From assembly GCF_902713615.1 (NCBI RefSeq), contig NC_052169.1, forward strand, positions 696,708 to 760,707: a stretch of 64,000 nt of DNA. Direction: 5' to 3'. The notes beneath the pieces are model-generated. The model had not been told where the DNA came from. It saw only the letters and a program-made list of their open reading frames with translations, and searched no databases. This DNA is from Scyliorhinus canicula. Lineage: Eukaryota. Shown in pieces: positions 36,401-49,086 of this stretch. The translations under genes and the position numbers were made by a program. Position 1 is the stretch's first letter, and the number at the start of each line of letters is the position of its first letter.

Positions 36401-39400
36401 GAGCCTGGTCACTGTGAGAGCCTGGTCACTGTGAGAGCCCGGTCACTGTGAGAGCCCGGTCACTCCGAGCGCCTGGTCACTGTGAGAGCCTGGTCACTGT
36501 GAGAGCCTGGTCACTGTGAGAGCCTGGTCGCTGTGAGAGCCTGGTCACTGTGAGAGCCTGGTCACTGTGAGAGCCTGGTCACTGTGAGCTCCTGGTCACT
36601 GTGAGCTCCTGGTCACTGTGAGCTCCTGGTCACTGTGAGCTCCTGGTCACTGTGAGCTCCTGGTCACTGTGAGCTCCTGGTCACTGTGAGAGCCTGGTCA
36701 CTGTGAGAGCCTGGTCACTGTGAGCTCCTGGTCACTGTGAGAGCCTGGTCACTGTGAGAGCCTGGTCACTGTGAGAGCCCGGTCACTGTGAGAGCCCGGT
36801 CACTGTGAGAGCCCGGTCACTGTGAGAGCCTGGTCACTGTGAGAGCCCGGTCACTGTGAGAGCCTGGTCACTGTGAGAGCCTGGTCACTGTGAGAGCCCG
36901 GTCACTGTGAGAGCCTGGTCACTGTGAGAGCCTGGTCACTGTGAGCTCCTGGTCACTGTGAGAGCCTGGTCACTGTGAGCTCCTGGTCACTGTGAGAGCC
37001 TGGTCACTGTGAGAGCCTGGTCACTGTGAGAGCCTGGTCACTGTGAGAGCCCGGTCACTGTGAGAGCCTGGTCACTGTGAGAGCCCGGTCACTGTGAGCT
37101 CCTGGTCACTGTGAGAGCCTGGTCACTGTGAGAGCCTGGTCACTGTGAGAGCCCGGTCACTGTGAGCTCCTGGTCACTGTGAGAGCCTGGTCACTGTGAG
37201 AGCCTGGTCACTGTGAGCCTGGTCACTGTGAGAGCCTGGTCACTGTGAGAGCCTGGTCACTGTGAGAGCCTGGTCACTGTGAGAGCCTGGTCACTGTGAG
37301 CGCCTGGTCACTGTGAGCTCCTGGTCACTGTGAGAGCCTGGTCACTGTGAGAGCCTGGTCACTGTGAGAGCCCGGTCACTGTGAGAGCCTGGTCACTGTG
37401 AGAGCCTGGTCACTGTGAGCGCCTGGTCACTGTGAGAGCCTGGTCACTGTGAGAGCCCGGTCACTGTGAGAGCCCGGTCACTGTGAGAGCCCGGTCACTG
37501 TGAGAGCCTGGTCACTGTGAGAGCCTGGTCACTGTGAGAGCCTAGTCACTGTGAGAGCCTGGTCACTGTGAGAGCCCGGTCACTGTGAGAGCCTGGTCAC
37601 TGTGAGAGCCCGGTCACTGTGAGAGCCTGGTCACTGTGAGCTCCTGGTCACTGTGAGAGCCTGGTCACTGTGAGCTCCTGGTCACTGTGAGAGCCTGGTC
37701 ACTGTGAGAGCCTGGTCACTGTGAGAGCCTGGTCACTGTGAGAGTCTGGTCACTGTGAGAGCCTGGTCGCTCCGAGCGCCTGGTCGCTGTGAGAGCCTGG
37801 TCACTCCGACCGCCTGGTCACTGTGAGAGCCCGGTCACTGTGAGAGCCTGGTCACTGTGAGAGCCCGGTCACTGTGAGAGCCCGGTCACTGTGAGAGCCT
37901 GGTCACTGTGAGAGCCCGGTCACTGTGAGCGCCCGGTCACTGTGAGAGCCCGGTCACTGTGAGAGCCCGGTCACTGTGAGAGCCCGGTCACTGTGAGAGC
38001 CCGGTCACTGTGAGAGCCCGGTCACTGTGAGAGCCTGGTCACTGTGAGAGCCTGGTCACTGTGAGCTCCTGGTCACTGTGAGCTCCTGGTCACTGTGAGA
38101 GCCTGGTCGCTGTGAGAGCCTGGTCGCTGTGAGAGCCCGGTCACTGTGAGAGCCTGGTCACTGTGAGAGCCCGGTCACTGTGAGACCCCGGTCACTGTGA
38201 GAGCCTGGTCACTGTGAGAGCCTGGTCACTGTGAGAGCCTGGTCACTGTGAGAGCCCGGTCACTGTGAGAGCCCGGTCACTGTGAGAGCCTGGTCACTGT
38301 GAGAGCCTGGTCACTGTGAGAGCCTGGTCACTGTGAGAGCCCGGTCACTGTGAGAGCCTGGTCACTGTGAGAGCCTGGTCACTGTGAGAGCCTGGTCACT
38401 GTGAGAGCCTGGTCACTGTGAGAGCCTGGTCACTGTGAGAGCCTGGTCACTGTGAGAGCCCGGTCACTGTGAGAGCCTGGTCGCTGTGAGAGCCTGGTCG
38501 CTGTGAGAGCCTGGTCACTGTGAGAGCCTGGTCACTGTGAGAGCCTGGTCACTGTGAGAGCCTGGTCACTGTGAGCTCCTGGTCACTGTGAGAGCCCGGT
38601 CACTGTGAGCGCCTGGTCACTGTGAGAGCCCGGTCACTGTGAGAGCCTGGTCACTGTGAGAGCCTGGTCACTGTGAGAGCCCGGTCACTGTGAGAGCCTG
38701 GTCACTGTGAGAGCCTGGTCACTGTGAGAGCCTGGTCACTGTGAGAGCCTGGTCACTGTGAGCTCCTGGTCACTGTGAGAGCCTGGTCACTGTGAGAGCC
38801 TGGTCACTCCGACCGCCTGGTCACTGTGAGAGCCTGGTCACTGTGAGCTCCTGGTCACTGTGAGAGCCCGGTCACTGTGAGAGCCCGGTCACTGTGAGAG
38901 CCCGGTCACTGTGAGAGCCCGGTCACTGTGAGAGCCCGGTCACTGTGAGAGCCCGGTCACTGTGAGAGCCCGGTCACTGTGAGAGCCCGGTCACTGTGAG
39001 AGCCTGGTCACTGTGAGAGCCTGGTCACTGTGAGAGCCTGGTCACTGTGAGCGCCCGGTCACTGTGAGAGCCTGGTCGCTGTGAGAGCCTGGTCACTGTG
39101 AGAGCCTGGTCACTGTGAGAGCCTGGTCACTGTGAGAGCCTGGTCACTGTGAGAGCCTGGTCACTGTGAGAGCCTGGTCACTGTGAGAGCCTGGTCACTG
39201 TGAGAGCCTGGTCACTGTGAGCTCCTGGTCACTGTGAGAGCCTGGTCACTGTGAGAGCCCGGTCACTGTGAGAGCCTGGTCACTGTGAGAGCCTGGTCAC
39301 TGTGAGAGCCTGGTCACTGTGAGAGCCCGGTCACTGTGAGAGCCTGGTCACTGTGAGAGCCTGGTCACTGTGAGAGCCTGGTCACTGTGAGAGCCTGGTC

Positions 39401-42400
39401 ACTGTGAGAGCCTGGTTACTGTGAGAGCCTGGTCACTGTGAGAGCCTGGTCACTGTGAGCTCCTGGTCACTGTGAGAGCCTGGTCACTGTGAGAGCCTGG
39501 TCACTGTGAGCTCCTGGTCACTGTGAGAGCCTGGTCACTCCGACCGCCTGGTCACTGTGAGAGCCTGGTCACTGTGAGAGCCTGGTCACTGTGAGCTCCT
39601 GGTCACTGTGAGAGCCTGGTCACTGTGAGAGCCTGGTCACTGTGAGCTCCCGGTCACTGTGAGCGCCTGGTCACTGTGAGCGCCCGGTCACTGTGAGAGC
39701 CCGGTCACTGTGAGAGCCCGGTCACTGTGAGAGCCTGGTCACTGTGAGAGCCTGGTCACTGTGAGAGCCTGGTCACTGTGAGCTCCTGGTCACTGTGAGA
39801 GCCTGGTCACTGTGAGAGCCTGGTCGCTGTGAGAGCCTGGTCACTGTGAGCTCCTGGTCACTGTGAGAGCCTGGTCACTGTGAGAGCCTGGTCACTGTGA
39901 GCTCCTGGTCACTGTGAGAGCCTGGTCACTGTGAGAGCCTGGTCACTGTGAGCTCCCGGTCACTGTGAGCGCCTGGTCACTGTGAGAGCCTGGTCACTGT
40001 GAGAGCCTGGTCACTGTGAGCTCCTGGTCACTGTGAGAGCCTGGTCACTGTGAGAGCCTGGTCACTGTGAGAGCCTGGTCACTGTGAGAGCCTGGTCACT
40101 GTGAGAGCCTGGTCACTGTGAGAGCCTGGTCACTGTGAGCGCCTGGTCACTGTGAGAGCCTGGTCACTGTGAGAGCCTGGTCACTGTGAGAGCCTGGTCA
40201 CTGTGAGCGCCTGGTCACTCCGAGCGCCTGGTCACTGTGAGAGCCTGGTCACTGTGAGAGCCCGGTCACTGTGAGAGCCTGGTCACTGTGAGAGCCTGGT
40301 CGCTGTGAGAGCCCGGTCACTGTGAGAGCCCGGTCACTGTGAGAGCCTGGTCACTGTGAGAGCCTGGTCACTGTGAGAGCCCGGTCACTGTGAGAGCCTG
40401 GTCACTGTGAGAGCCTGGTCACTGTGAGAGCCTGGTCACTGTGAGCTCCTGGTCACTGTGAGCTCCTGGTCACTCCGAGCGCCTGGTCACTGTGAGAGCC
40501 TGGTCACTGTGAGCTCCTGGTCACTGTGAGAGCCCGGTCACTGTGAGCTCCTGGTCACTGTGAGAGCCTGGTCACTGTGAGAGCCTGGTCACTGTGAGAG
40601 CCTGGTCACTGTGAGAGCCCGGTCACTGTGAGAGCCCGGTCACTGTGAGCTCCTGGTCACTGTGAGAGCCTGGTCACTGTGAGAGCCTGGTCACTCCGAG
40701 CGCCTGGTCACTGTGAGAGCCTGGTCACTGTGAGAGCCTGGTCACTGTGAGCGCCTGGTCACTGTGAGAGCCTGGTCACTGTGAGAGCCTGGTCACTCCG
40801 AGCGCCTGGTCACTGTGAGAGCCTGGTCACTGTGAGCTCCTGGTCACTGTGAGAGCCTGGTCACTGTGAGAGCCTGGTCACTGTGAGCGCCTGGTCACTG
40901 TGAGAGCCCGGTCACTGTGAGAGCCTGGTCACTGTGAGAGCCCGGTCACTGTGAGAGCCTGGTCACTGTGGGAGCCTGGTCACTGTGAGAGCCTGGTCAC
41001 TGTGAGAGCCCGGTCACTGTGAGCTCCTGGTCACTCCGAGCGCCTGGTCACTGTGAGAGCCTGGTCACTGTGAGCTCCTGGTCACTGTGAGAGCCCGGTC
41101 ACTGTGAGCTCCTGGTCACTGTGAGAGCCTGGTCACTGTGAGCGCCTGGTCACTGTGAGCGCCTGGTCACTGTGAGAGCCTGGTCACTGTGAGCTCCTGG
41201 TCACTGTGAGAGCCTGGTCACTGTGAGCGCCTGGTCACTGTGAGCGCCTGGTCACTGTGAGAGCCCGGTCACTGTGAGAGCCTGGTCACTGTGAGAGCCT
41301 GGTCACTGTGAGAGCCCGGTCACTGTGAGAGCCTGGTCGCTGTGAGAGCCTGGTCACTGTGAGAGCCTGGTCACTGTGAGAGCCTGGTCACTGTGAGAGC
41401 CCGGTCACTGTGAGAGCCTGGTCACTGTGAGAGCCTGGTCACTGTGAGAGCCTGGTCACTGTGAGAGCCTGGTCACTCCGAGCTCCTGGTCACTGTGAGA
41501 GCCTGGTCACTGTGAGAGCCTGGTCACTGTGAGAGCCCGGTCACTGTGAGAGCCCGGTCACTGTGAGAGCCTGGTCACTGTGAGAGCCTGGTCACTGTGA
41601 GAGCCTGGTCACTGTGAGAGCCTGGTCACTGTGAGAGCCCGGTCACTGTGAGAGCCCGGTCACTGTGAGAGCCTGGTCACTCCGAGCGCCTGGTCACTGT
41701 GAGAGCCTGGTCACTGTGAGCTCCTGGTCACTGTGAGAGCCCGGTCACTGTGAGAGCCTGGTCACTGTGAGAGCCTGGTCACTGTGAGCTCCTGGTCACT
41801 GTGAGAGCCCGGTCACTGTGAGAGCCCGGTCACTGTGAGAGCCCGGTCACTGTGAGAGCCTGGTCACTGTGAGAGCCTGGTCACTGTGAGAGCCTGGTCA
41901 CTGTGAGAGCCTGGTCACTGTGAGAGCCTGGTCACTGTGAGAGCCTGGTCACTGTGAGAGCCTGGTCACTGTGAGCTCCTGGTCACTGTGAGAGCCCGGT
42001 CACTGTGAGAGCCCGGTCACTGTGAGAGCCTGGTCACTGTGAGAGCCTGGTCACTGTGAGCGCCCGGTCACTGAGAGAGCCTGGTCACTGTGAGCTCCTG
42101 GTCACTGTGAGAGCCTGGTCACTGTGAGAGCCCGGTCACTGTGAGCGCCCGGTCACTGTGAGAGCCCGGTCACTGTGAGCTCCTGGTCACTGTGAGAGCC
42201 CGGTCACTGTGAGAGCCTGGTCACTGTGAGCGCCCGGTCACTGTGAGAGCCCGGTCACTGTGAGCTCCTGGTCACTGTGAGAGCCTGGTCACTGTGAGAG
42301 CCTGGTCACTGTGAGAGCCTGGTCACTGTGAGAGCCCGGTCACTGTGAGAGCCTGGTCACTGTGAGCTCCTGGTCACTGTGAGAGCCTGGTCACTGTGAG

Positions 42401-45400
42401 AGCCTGGTCACTGTGAGAGCCTGGTCACTGTGAGAGCCTGGTCACTGTGAGAGCCTGGTCACTGTGAGCGCCCGGTCACTGTGAGAGCCCGGTCGCTGTG
42501 AGAGCCTGGTCACTGTGAGAGCCCGGTCACTGTGAGAGCCCGGTCACTGTGAGAGCCTGGTCACTGTGAGAGCCTGGTCACTGTGAGAGCCTGGTCACTG
42601 TGAGAGCCTGGTCACTGTGAGCGCCCGGTCACTGTGAGAGCCCGGTCGCTGTGAGAGCCTGGTCACTGTGAGAGCCCGGTCACTGTGAGAGCCCGGTCAC
42701 TGTGAGAGCCTGGTCACTGTGAGAGCCTGGTCACTGTGAGAGCCCGGTCACTGTGAGAGCCCGGTCACTGTGAGAGCCCGGTCACTGTGAGAGCCTGGTC
42801 ACTGTGAGAGCCTGGTCACTGTGAGAGCCTGGTCACTGTGAGCTCCTGGTCACTGTGAGAGCCCGGTCACTGTGAGAGCCTGGTCACTGTGAGAGCCTGG
42901 TCACTGTGAGAGCCTGGTCACTGTGAGAGCCTGGTCACTGTGAGAGCCTGGTCACTGTGAGCTCCTGGTCACTGTGAGAGCCTGGTCACTCCGACCGCCT
43001 GGTCACTGTGAGCTCCTGGTCACTGTGAGCTCCTGGTCACTGTGAGAGCCTGGTCACTGTGAGAGCCTGGTCACTGTGAGAGCCTGGTCACTGTGAGAGC
43101 CTGGTCGCTGTGAGAGCCCGGTCACTGTGAGAGCCCGGTCACTGTGAGAGCCCGGTCACTGTGAGCGCCTGGTCACTGTGAGAGCCTGGTCACTGTGAGA
43201 GCCTGGTCACTGTGAGCTCCTGGTCACTGTGAGAGCCTGGTCACTGTGAGAGCCTGGTCGCTGTGAGAGCCCGGTCGCTGTGAGAGCCTGGTCGCTGTGA
43301 GAGCCTGGTCGCTGTGAGAGCCTGGTCGCTGTGAGAGCCTGGTCACTGTGAGAGCCCGGTCGCTGTGAGAGCCTGGTCACTGTGAGAGCCTGGTCACTGT
43401 GAGAGCCTGGTCGCTGTGAGAGCCTGGTCGCTGTGAGAGCCTGGTCGCTGTGAGAGCCTGGTCACTGTGAGAGCCCGGTCGCTGTGAGAGCCTGGTCACT
43501 GTGAGAGCCTGGTCGCTGTGAGAGCCTGGTCGCTGTGAGAGCCTGGTCACTGTGAGAGCCCGGTCGCTGTGAGAGCCTGGTCACTGTGAGAGCCCGGTCG
43601 CTGTGAGAGCCTGGTCGCTGTGAGAGCCTGGTCACTGTGAGAGCCTGGTCACTGTGAGAGCCGGGTCACTGTGAGAGCCTGGTCACTGTGAGAGCCTGGT
43701 CACTGTGAGCGCCCGGTCACTGTGAGAGCCTGGTCACTGTGAGAGCCCGGTCGCTGTGAGCTCCTGGTCACTGTGAGAGCCCGGTCACTGTGAGAGCCCG
43801 GTCACTGTGAGAGCCCGGTCACTGTGAGAGCCCGGTCACTGTGAGAGCCTGGTCACTGTGAGAGCCCGGTCACTGTGAGAGCCTGGTCACTGTGAGAGCC
43901 TGGTCACTGTGAGAGCCCGGTCACTGTGAGAGCCCGGTCACTGTGAGAGCCCGGTCACTGTGAGAGCCTGGTCACTGTGAGAGCCCGGTCACTGTGAGAG
44001 CCTGGTCACTGTGAGCTCCGGTCACTGTGAGAGCCTGGTCGCTGTGAGAGCCTGGTCACTGTGAGCTCCTGGTCACTGTGAGCTCCTGGTCACTGTGAGA
44101 GCCTGGTCACTGTGAGAGCCTGGTCACTGAGAGCCCGGTCACTGTGAGCTCCTGGTCACTGTGAGAGCCTGGTCACTGTGAGAGCCTGGTCACTGTGAGA
44201 GCCTGGTCACTGTGAGAGCCCGGTCACTGTGAGAGCCTGGTCACTGTGAGAGCCTGGTCACTGTGAGAGCCTGGTCACTGTGAGAGCCCGGTCACTGTGA
44301 GAGCCTGGTCACTGTGAGAGCCTGGTCACTCCGACCGCCCGGTCACTGTGAGAGCCTGGTCACTGTGAGAGCCTGGTCACTGTGAGAGCCTGGTCACTGT
44401 GAGAGCCTGGTCGCTGTGAGAGCCTGGTCACTGTGAGAGCCTGGTCACTGTGAGAGCCTGGTCACTGTGAGAGCCCGGTCACTGTGAGAGCCCGGTCACT
44501 GTGAGAGCCTGGTCACTGTGAGAGCCTGGTCGCTGTGAGAGCCTGGTCACTGTGAGAGCCTGGTCACTGTGAGAGCCCGGTCACTGTGAGAGCCTGGTCA
44601 CTGTGAGAGCCCGGTCACTGTGAGAGCCCGGTCACTGTGAGAGCCTGGTCACTGTGAGAGCCCGGTCACTGTGAGAGCCTGGTCACTGTGAGAGCCTGGT
44701 CACTGTGAGAGCCTGGTCACTGTGAGAGCCTGGTCACTGTGAGCTCCTGGTCACTGTGAGCGCCTGGTCACTGTGAGCTCCTGGTCACTGTGAGAGCCTG
44801 GTCACTGTGAGCTCCTGGTCACTGTGAGAGCCTGGTCACTGTGAGAGCCTGGTCACTGTGAGCGCCTGGTCACTGTGAGCCTGGTCACTGTGAGAGCCCG
44901 GTCACTGTGAGAGCCCGGTCACTGTGAGAGCCCGGTCACTGTGAGAGCCCGGTCACTGTGAGAGCCCGGTCACTGTGAGAGCCTGGTCACTGTGAGAGCC
45001 TGGTCACTGTGAGCGCCTGGTCACTGTGAGAGCCTGGTCACTGTGAGAGCCCGGTCACTGTGAGAGCCTGGTCACTGTGAGAGCCTGGTCACTGTGAGAG
45101 CCTGGTCACTGTGAGAGCCTGGTCACTGTGAGAGCCTGGTCACTGTGAGAGCCTGGTCACTGTGAGAGCCTGGTCACTGTGAGAGCCTGGTCACTGTGAG
45201 AGCCTGGTCACTGTGAGAGCCTGGTCACTGTGAGAGCCTGGTCACTGTGAGAGCCTGGTCACTGTGAGAGCCTGGTCACTGTGAGAGCCGGTCACTGTGA
45301 GAGCCTGGTCACTGTGAGAGCCCGGTCACTGTGAGAGCCTGGTCACTGTGAGAGCCCGGTCACTGTGAGCGCCCGGTCACTGTGAGCGCCCGGTCACTGT

Positions 45401-45770
45401 GAGAGCCTGGTCACTGTGAGAGCCTGGTCTCTGTGAGAGCCTGGTCACTGTGAGAGCCTGGTCACTGTGAGAGCCTGGTCACTGTGAGAGCCTGGTCGCT
45501 GTGAGAGCCTGGTCGCTGTGAGAGCCTGGTCACTGTGAGCGCCTGGTCACTCCGACCGCCTGGTCACTGTGAGAGCCTGGTCACTGTGAGCTCCTGGTCA
45601 CTGTGAGCGCCCGGTCACTGTGAGAGCCTGGTCACTGTGAGAGCCTGGTCACTGTGAGAGCCTGGTCACTGTGAGCTCCTGGTCACTGTGAGAGCCTGGT
45701 CACTGTGAGCGCCTGGTCACTGTGAGCGCCCGGTCACTCCGAGCTCCTGTTCGCTCCGAGCGACTGTGAG
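33468..45770. repeat. MPHOSPH10 intron 8 giant minisatellite, 17-bp unit (cctggtcactgtgagag), ~720 copies
   Basis: 12.3 kb of uninterrupted 17-bp periodicity with a few recurring variants (cccgg, gagct, gagcg, gtcgct, ctccga). Confidence 0.98.
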
Positions 45771-45892
45771 GCTCACACTTTGCAATGAGTTGTGTCCTGA
45801 GCTGCCCTCGGGCGAGGTAGGAGCGGAACGGTTGTTTAAACGTCTCCAGTGATGAGGAATGAGTTTGTAATGACATTTGTTTCTCTTGTCAG

Positions 45893-46000
45893 CCTGTGCC
45901 TGAAGTGAAGGTGGTCTCTAACTTGCCATCCATCAGTATGGAGGAGGTGGCACCAGTGAATATCAGTGATGCCACGTTACTGGCACCAGAAGAAGTCAAG
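45893..46000 (+). CDS. MPHOSPH10: MPHOSPH10 coding exon 9
   Basis: cttgtcag|; [36 protein letters not shown]; donor AAG|GTAAGA. Confidence 0.96.
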
Positions 46001-46257
46001 GTAAGAGACGAAAGAGGAAAATAATGTAAAGGCAAATGGTGCTGAGCCCTTGGCTGGAATGACAGCCCGCAGTGGCCAGTCTTTGTTACCTCACAGCCGC
46101 TGGGAAACAAATGCAACATTAGCCTCTAAACGTTTGGGGTTTTAGGAAAGGAATTTAAGCTTGTACCTCTGCTCCTGATTGTGTTAGTGACTGCAGGAAA
46201 GTGAATATGCTTTTGTTGAGAAAACCCTGCAGGATTGGGCCCAGCTGTGAAACATCT

Positions 46258-46790
46258 TATTGGATTGGATTTGTTTATTGTCACGTGTACCGAGGTACAA
46301 TGAAAAGTATTTTTCTGCAAGCATCTTAACAGATCATTAATTACACGGGAATAAAAGAAAAAAATACATAATAGGGCAACACAAGATATACAATGTAACT
46401 ACATAAGCATTGGCATAGATGAAGCGTACAGGGGTGTAGTGTTAATGACGTCAGTCCATAAGAGGGTCGTTTAGGAGTTTGGTAATAGCGGGAAAGAAAC
46501 TGTTTTTGAGTCTGTTCGTGCGTGTTCTCAGACTTCTGTATCTCCTGCCCGATGGAAGAAGTTGGAAGAGTGAGTAAGCCGAGGGAGGGATCTTTGATTA
46601 TGCTGCCCGCTTTCCCCAGGCAGCAGGACGTGTCAATGGAGGCAGGTTCGTGTGATGGACTGGGCGGTGTTCACGACTCTCTGAAGTTCCTTGCGGTCCT
46701 GGGCCGAGCAGTTGCCATACCAGGCTGTGATGCAGCCAGATAGGATGCTTTCTATGGTGCATCTGTAAAAGTTGGTACGGGTTAATGTTG
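46258..46790 (-). mobile_element. Rex1/Babar-like LINE 3' fragment
   Basis: NFYRCTIESILSGCITAWYGNCSAQDRKELQRVV..LLPSGRRYRSL on minus; (caatc)n tail. Confidence 0.8.
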
Positions 46791-47008
46791 ATGTTCAACA
46801 CATTTGATTTACTGCATTGCAGCATTTCATTGTCAGTGTGTCTGTCAAGGGGGAGGGTGCCAGAATGGGCACAAAAAGAGACTATTGTTCAATGGATGCT
46901 GGTTTATTATTATTATTAGTGTATTGTTGAGCATTATTATTGGTTTATTATTGTATTGAATGAGATGCGAGTCTGTGGTTGGTGTCTGAGCTGTGCTGAT
47001 AATTACAG

Positions 47009-47239
47009 GAGAAGAGTCGGGCCGGGGACGTCCAGGGAGACTTGGAAAAGACAGAAACCGATAAGAAACGGGAGAGGAGGAGAAAGAAGAAAGTGAAACG
47101 TCTCCGACTGAGAGCAAAAGCGGCGCATCAGAAAGTGTTGGAGAAGCTGAATGTGAAGCTGAGCACTGACCAAGTGAAGGAAAAGAATGCTGAGAAAGTG
47201 AAGCAATTAACCCAGGAAGGGAAGGCGTTGCTGCTGAAG
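47009..47239 (+). CDS. MPHOSPH10: MPHOSPH10 coding exon 10
   Basis: ttacag|; EKSRAGDV..EKTETDKKRERRRKKK..GKALLLK, basic C-terminal region; donor AAG|GTGAGT. Confidence 0.95.
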
Positions 47240-47395
47240 GTGAGTACTGACACACAGTGATTAAACCAGAGCCGGGTTGGCAGTGTAATCAGGCTGTTTA
47301 TCATGTATCTCTCTGACTCAGGGAGAAGGAGAGATTAAATTAGTTTTATAATGTTTTATTTCCTTTGCCAGGTAATCACTATTGTTGCTGTTAGT

Positions 47396-47674
47396 ATAGA
47401 ATCATAGAATTTACGGTGCAGAAGGTGGCCTTGCAGCCCATCGAGTCTGCACCGACCCTTGGAATGAGCACCACACTTAAGCCCACACCTCCACCCCATC
47501 CCTGTAACCCAGTAACTCCAGCTAACCCCACTATGGGCAATTTATCATGGCCAATCCACCTAACCTGCACATCTTTGGACTGTGGGAGGAAAGTGGAGGA
47601 AACCCACGCAGGCACGGGGAGAACGTGCAGACTCCGCACAGACAATGACACAAGCCAGGAATCAAACCTGGGAC
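47396..47674 (-). mobile_element. HE1-type V-SINE (5'-truncated)
   Basis: V-core and tail on minus. Confidence 0.85.
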
Positions 47675-47694
47675 CAGTGTTATTTAAATTGATT

Positions 47695-48042
47695 CCATAA
47701 GACCATAAGACATAGGAGTGGAAGTAAGGCCATTCGGCCCATCGAGTCCACTCCGCCATTCAATCATGGCTGATGGGCATTTCAACTCCACCTACCAGCA
47801 TTCTCCCCGTAGCCCTTAATTCCTCGCGACATCAAGAATTTATCTATCTCTGCCTTGAAGCCATTTAGCGTCCCGGCCTCCACTGCACTCCGCGGCAATG
47901 AATTCCACAGGCCCACCATTCTCTGGCTGAAGAAATGTCTCCGCATTTCTGTTCTGAATTTACCCCCTCTAATTCTAAGGCTGTGCCCACGGGTCCTCGT
48001 CTCCTCGCCTAACGGAAACAGTTTCTTTGCGTCCACCCTTCC
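47695..48042 (-). mobile_element. CR1 LINE 3' fragment
   Basis: RVDAKKLFPLGEETRTRGHSLRIRG..FFSQRMVGLWNSLP; (tcttatgg)n tail. Confidence 0.88.
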
Positions 48043-48465
48043 ATATTCCTTCAAAGCCCTATCGTTTTAGAAAAATACTGCACTTATTAGAAAAATACAG
48101 CACCACTGTCACCAATATTATAGAACATTACAGCGCAGTACAGGCCCTTCTGCCCTCGATGTTGCGCTGTCCTGTGAAACCCCTCTAAAGTCCCTCTACA
48201 CTATTCCCTTATCGTCCATATGCCTATCCAATGATTATGGGTGGATCCTTGTGCAAAGAACCAATCTGATATTAACCTATCCTTTTTGATCCATTGTGTA
48301 TTTCCAGCATTCACTGTTTTATCTCATTCTTAGATCGGTTCATTTACCCAAGTTACATTGAACCTCTACATTACCTGCTCATTCTTGAATACAATCTCTC
48401 ACTTGGTCAATTACTGACTTCCCTATTTTACTATCTACTGCTTTAGATCAGACACTCCTTTAGGT

Positions 48466-48887
48466 CAGTGGAGGGCAACCTGTGGCCCGGGACCACATGG
48501 AGCCCCTCCGGGTTCAGAGTGCAGCCCACGAGATGTTTTTGTTGACTGTTGCAGAGTTGCAACATGGCTTCTGGTTTCCATCCACACAGCTTTTTGCCTA
48601 GCTGTGTGACAGTGATTGGGGCGTGAAGTGAGCTACACGCTGATTGCTCACACTTACTGTGAGAGCCGTGTAAATATTCAAGTGTAAATATTTCTTTGTT
48701 TTTACCACTTGAAGTTGGTAGTTCTATTAATATTCGAATGATTAAGGATTTACTATAACTTAAGAAATATTTGGTGTGTATTAAATGTATTCAACCATTT
48801 TCAAGGGTCTTAGTTGTTGAATATGCCCAATTTCAACCTTAAGCCCCACTGAGATGGAGGGCCACCCGCCTAGGTTGCCCACCACTG
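48466..48887. mobile_element. hAT (Charlie-like) non-autonomous DNA transposon
   Basis: TIRs cagtggagggcaacct / aggttgcccaccactg; 8-bp flanks ctttaggt / cttcagat (degenerate TSD). Confidence 0.75.
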
Positions 48888-49086
48888 CTTCAGATACTCC
48901 CTGAGGGAGTACCCTGAATAGGAGTTCCTGTTTATTGTTGTAGACCGTGGCACTAGGCAGCATTGTATGGAATAATCTGTATCTTCAATGCCTTTGTTTC
49001 CCAATAGAATTCACCAGGAGGGAAAAGCCAAATTTTCTCTTTCAAAAGTGAACGTTTAACTTGATTTTGTTTTTAACTATTAAAAG

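Noticed and set aside
14770-45770. Regular repeats as possible CRISPR arrays
   Set aside because: Head-to-tail units with no unique spacers, no cas genes, and a eukaryotic intron context.
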